Both the position numbers and the translations under genes were made by a program. The notes under the pieces were generated by a model. That model saw only the letters and a list, made by a program, of their open reading frames with translations, was not told the DNA's origin and did not search any database. From a virus, in the IMG/VR virus record IMGVR_UViG_3300045988_088394, positions 1 through 53,620 of that record: DNA of 53,620 bases. The stretch is one strand, 5' to 3'. Shown here piece by piece: positions 51,572 to 53,620 of the stretch; the first letter of the stretch is position 1; each line of letters opens with the position of its first letter.

Positions 51572-53620
51572 ATGGCAGAAGATATAGATGGCGCATTGGG
51601 CATTCGTGCCACGATTGACGCAGATGATATAAAGACAAGCGCGCAACAATGGGTTGACACCATAACAGGCATGCAGTCTAAAACGAACGAGGTTGTGCAA
51701 GGCATGAACGATAGCCTTTCGTCATTGCAAAAGCAGGTAGATGAGTTCGGAAAGGCGGCAAGTGGTATGTCGTTGTCTGAAATTGGTGACAAGCTGAATG
51801 GAGCAAAGGCACAATTTGTTGAGCTTGGTCAGACAATAGAGCAGCAAAAGGTAGTCATTGCAGATATAAAGTCAGCAGTTGAAGATTATGCAAGAGCGTA
51901 TGCGGAAGCAAAAGAGAATGGTGGCAAACAGCAGATTGAAGATGCAAAGAATGCTTTGCTTGAAGCAAAAGATGCGCTAGCTCTTGCTAAAAATGAGCAA
52001 CAGGGCTTCACCGAAGAACAAAAGAAAGCAAAGGCTCAAATTACAGAATTAACACAAGCGTACAAGGAGGCACAATCTTCGCAACCTACATTTGAGAATA
52101 TTGTAAATGGTGCTGGAACAGCAGCTGAAAGAGTGCAAGCATTGCGTGACTCTTTTGCGAATTTTCAAACATCGTTGCAGAGCAGCCAAGACGCTGTTAC
52201 AGGGCTGTCACAAGAGAGTGCAAAATCTACCGCAGCTGGTGATAGCGGCATGGCCGACATTAGCAAGACTATAAGCACACGATACATTGTTGAAGGTGCA
52301 GATGAGGTGCAGCAGAAAAGTCAAGATGTAGCGAACGGATTAAAGAATGTCGAAGCCTCGTATGCTTCTGCCGCAGCAACCGCGACAACCGCGTACAGCG
52401 AGCAAAAAAATATAATATCTGCTCTTGAAGGGCAGATACAGAACTTGCAGAATATAATGCAAGGTGCGGTAAAGGCAGGGGATATGTCATCAGCCTCTGA
52501 AGCAGCTACGCAGATACAAACGCTGCAAGTACAACTTACACAAGCGAAAGAGAATTTAGGGCAGTTACAACAGCAAGCTCAGGGCGCACAAGATACGCTT
52601 AATAACTTTGGTGCAGTTAGTGCTGGCGTTTCGCAAAAAGTAGAAGAACAAAGTACAACTTGGGGCAGATTGAAGGATAAATTCTCATCTGTTGGGCAAG
52701 GCCTTTCTAATTTCGCATCAAAACAGGTTGAAGGAGCTAAAGGAGCATTATCATCACTGACTAATACGGTAGACGGAATGGGCATTCCTCTATCAAAGAC
52801 AATTACGAACTTTGGTAAAATGACAAAAGCTGCAATGGCATTCGTTGCAACGCCTCTTGGCATGATACTCGGTGCGATTGCTCTTGCTCTTAAGGCTGTG
52901 CATACGTGGCTTAACAAATCTGCCGAGGGACAGAAAGTTATGGCGCAGGTGTCTGCGTTCTTCGGAAGCATAATGGGTTCTGTGACGGATATTGTCATTG
53001 CTTTCGGTAAATATCTGTTCAAGACATTTACGGGCGGAAATAAGGCTGTCAGTGAGTTTATCTCAACGTTTGTAACCTCATTCAAGACTGGATTTAGCGC
53101 AGTAAAAAACCTAGTTGTTGGCTTCGGCACTATCTTTAAGGGCGTTTGGCAAATCATAACGGGTGAAATATCCGAGGGCTGGACAACACTTAAGGAGGGC
53201 GTATCGCAAATGGGGACAGGTCTTTTAGACGCTGGAAAAAATGTTATTAACCAGATTAAAACAGCAGTTGCAGGTATCAAGGCAACAGTCTCTGTCGTGT
53301 CTGGTATGTTTACTGATAATGAACTCGGGAATGCTCTTACAAAGTCTTTGACTGGCATGATACCGAAAGCAAGAGAAGCATCAAAAATAGCTTTGCAAAA
53401 CTTAGACCTCTCAAAGAAGGAAGGTGAAGCAAAGGAGCGCGCACTAAAACTTGATACAGAAATTGCAGCACTACGAGAAAAGGCGTATACATTAACTGGC
53501 AAGGAGAAAGATGCAGCACTAAAAAAAGCGAAACAGCTAACTAAAGAGAAATTCTACGGAAAGGATATTGTTGACCAAAAGACTGGACAGAAAAAACATG
53601 AAGATGGTATTCTTGATGTG
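51572..53620 (+). CDS. Tail tape measure protein, 5' portion (continues at nt 1..3083)
   Basis: ATG 51572. My hand translation found no stop through 53620. A hydrophobic segment, ..AAMAFVATPLGMILGAIALALKAV.., is typical of tape measure proteins. The ORF track lists no + ORF here because the frame has no stop inside the window. Confidence 0.85.
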   Translation, partial: MAEDIDGALGIRATIDADDIKTSAQQWVDTITGMQSKTNEVVQGMNDSLSSLQKQVDEFGKAASGMSLSEIGDKLNGAKAQFVELGQTIEQQKVVIADIKSAVEDYARAYAEAKENGGKQQIEDAKNALLEAKDALALAKNEQQGFTEEQKKAKAQITELTQAYKEAQSSQPTFENIVNGAGTAAERVQALRDSFANFQTSLQSSQDAVTGLSQESAKSTAAGDSGMADISKTISTRYIVEGADEVQQKSQDVANGLKNVEASYASAAATATTAYSEQKNIISALEGQIQNLQNIMQGAVKAGDMSSASEAATQIQTLQVQLTQAKENLGQLQQQAQGAQDTLNNFGAVSAGVSQKVEEQSTTWGRLKDKFSSVGQGLSNFASKQVEGAKGALSSLTNTVDGMGIPLSKTITNFGKMTKAAMAFVATPLGMILGAIALALKAVHTWLNKSAEGQKVMAQVSAFFGSIMGSVTDIVIAFGKYLFKTFTGGNKAVSEFISTFVTSFKTGFSAVKNLVVGFGTIFKGVWQIITGEISEGWTTLKEGVSQMGTGLLDAGKNVINQIKTAVAGIKATVSVVSGMFTDNELGNALTKSLTGMIPKAREASKIALQNLDLSKKEGEAKERALKLDTEIAALREKAYTLTGKEKDAALKKAKQLTKEKFYGKDIVDQKTGQKKHEDGILDV
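53502..53620 (+). repeat. Terminal direct repeat, right copy
   Basis: Identical to 1..119. Confidence 0.95.

Larger units (their letters stand above)
1..53620. mobile_element. Complete temperate tailed-phage (siphovirus-like) genome, circularly closed with a 119-bp terminal overlap
   Basis: All modules are present: integrase, repressor, recombination, terminase, portal, capsid, tail and lysis. Nt 1-119 equal 53502-53620, and one gene (tape measure) joins in frame across the ends. Confidence 0.85.

Noticed and set aside
52579-53502. 307-aa minus-strand ORF
   Set aside because: It is antisense to the 5' part of the tape measure gene, which is open from ATG 51572 to the end of the window and continues in frame at nt 1. 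Its composition is typical of an antisense shadow.
1-53620. Genome-wide stop-codon reassignment (TGA or TAG recoding)
   Set aside because: All large genes are uninterrupted under the standard code (931, 875, 543, 482, 419, 404 and 400 aa, and the 1670-aa tape measure). Only one in-frame TGA was found, at 44584-44586.
1-53620. CRISPR array or mini-array
   Set aside because: I found no series of regularly spaced direct repeats of 24-40 nt. The only tandem or iterated repeats are the 36-bp coding repeat (28741-28812), the 11-mers (14070-14122) and the 9-mer arm sites (17951-18164).

Overview
The window is one complete, circularly closed genome of about 53.5 kb from a temperate siphovirus-like tailed phage or excised prophage. 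Nt 1-119 are repeated exactly at 53502-53620, and the tape measure gene runs across that junction. The host is probably a member of the Bacteroidales, because TAnnTTTG -7 promoter boxes recur and the tyrosine integrase is of the Bacteroidales type.

Module order on the + strand:
- Tape measure 3' part, distal tail and fibre genes (1-9.9 kb).
- Lysis cassette (10.0-11.9 kb).
- Accessory region with an XRE/ImmA-IrrE pair and unknown operons (12-17.6 kb).
- Lysogeny module on the minus strand: attP-like repeats, integrase, KilA-N gene, cI-like repressor (17.9-21.2 kb).
- Long early operon (21.3-33.2 kb) with RecT, a YqaJ-type exonuclease, a DUF4373 replication protein and many small ORFs.
- Middle block (33.6-37.3 kb) with MazG, DUF1064, DUF4417 and a ParB-methyltransferase fusion.
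- Packaging and head genes (37.3-42.2 kb).
- A reverse-oriented accessory island (42.3-45.8 kb).
- Scaffold, capsid, neck and tail genes (46.3-51.6 kb), then the tape measure 5' part.

I found no rRNA, no canonical tRNA, no CRISPR array and no reverse transcriptase.

Most interesting observations:
- A 143-nt RNA candidate with tmRNA-like tRNA-domain ends but a miniature interior (21824-21966).
- A MuF head-morphogenesis protein fused to a RelA/SpoT-like toxin-type domain, interrupted at an A7 run.
- The reverse-oriented island inside the head module, with a roughly 550-nt ORF-free stretch, a tRNA 3'-half-like sequence and a gene carrying an in-frame TGA.
- A 38-nt promoter-leader cassette present three times.
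- A KilA-N gene flanked by a 38-bp duplication of the integrase 5' end.
- A repressor whose S24 peptidase catalytic residues appear to be substituted.

All family assignments were made by eye from motifs. None comes from a search.
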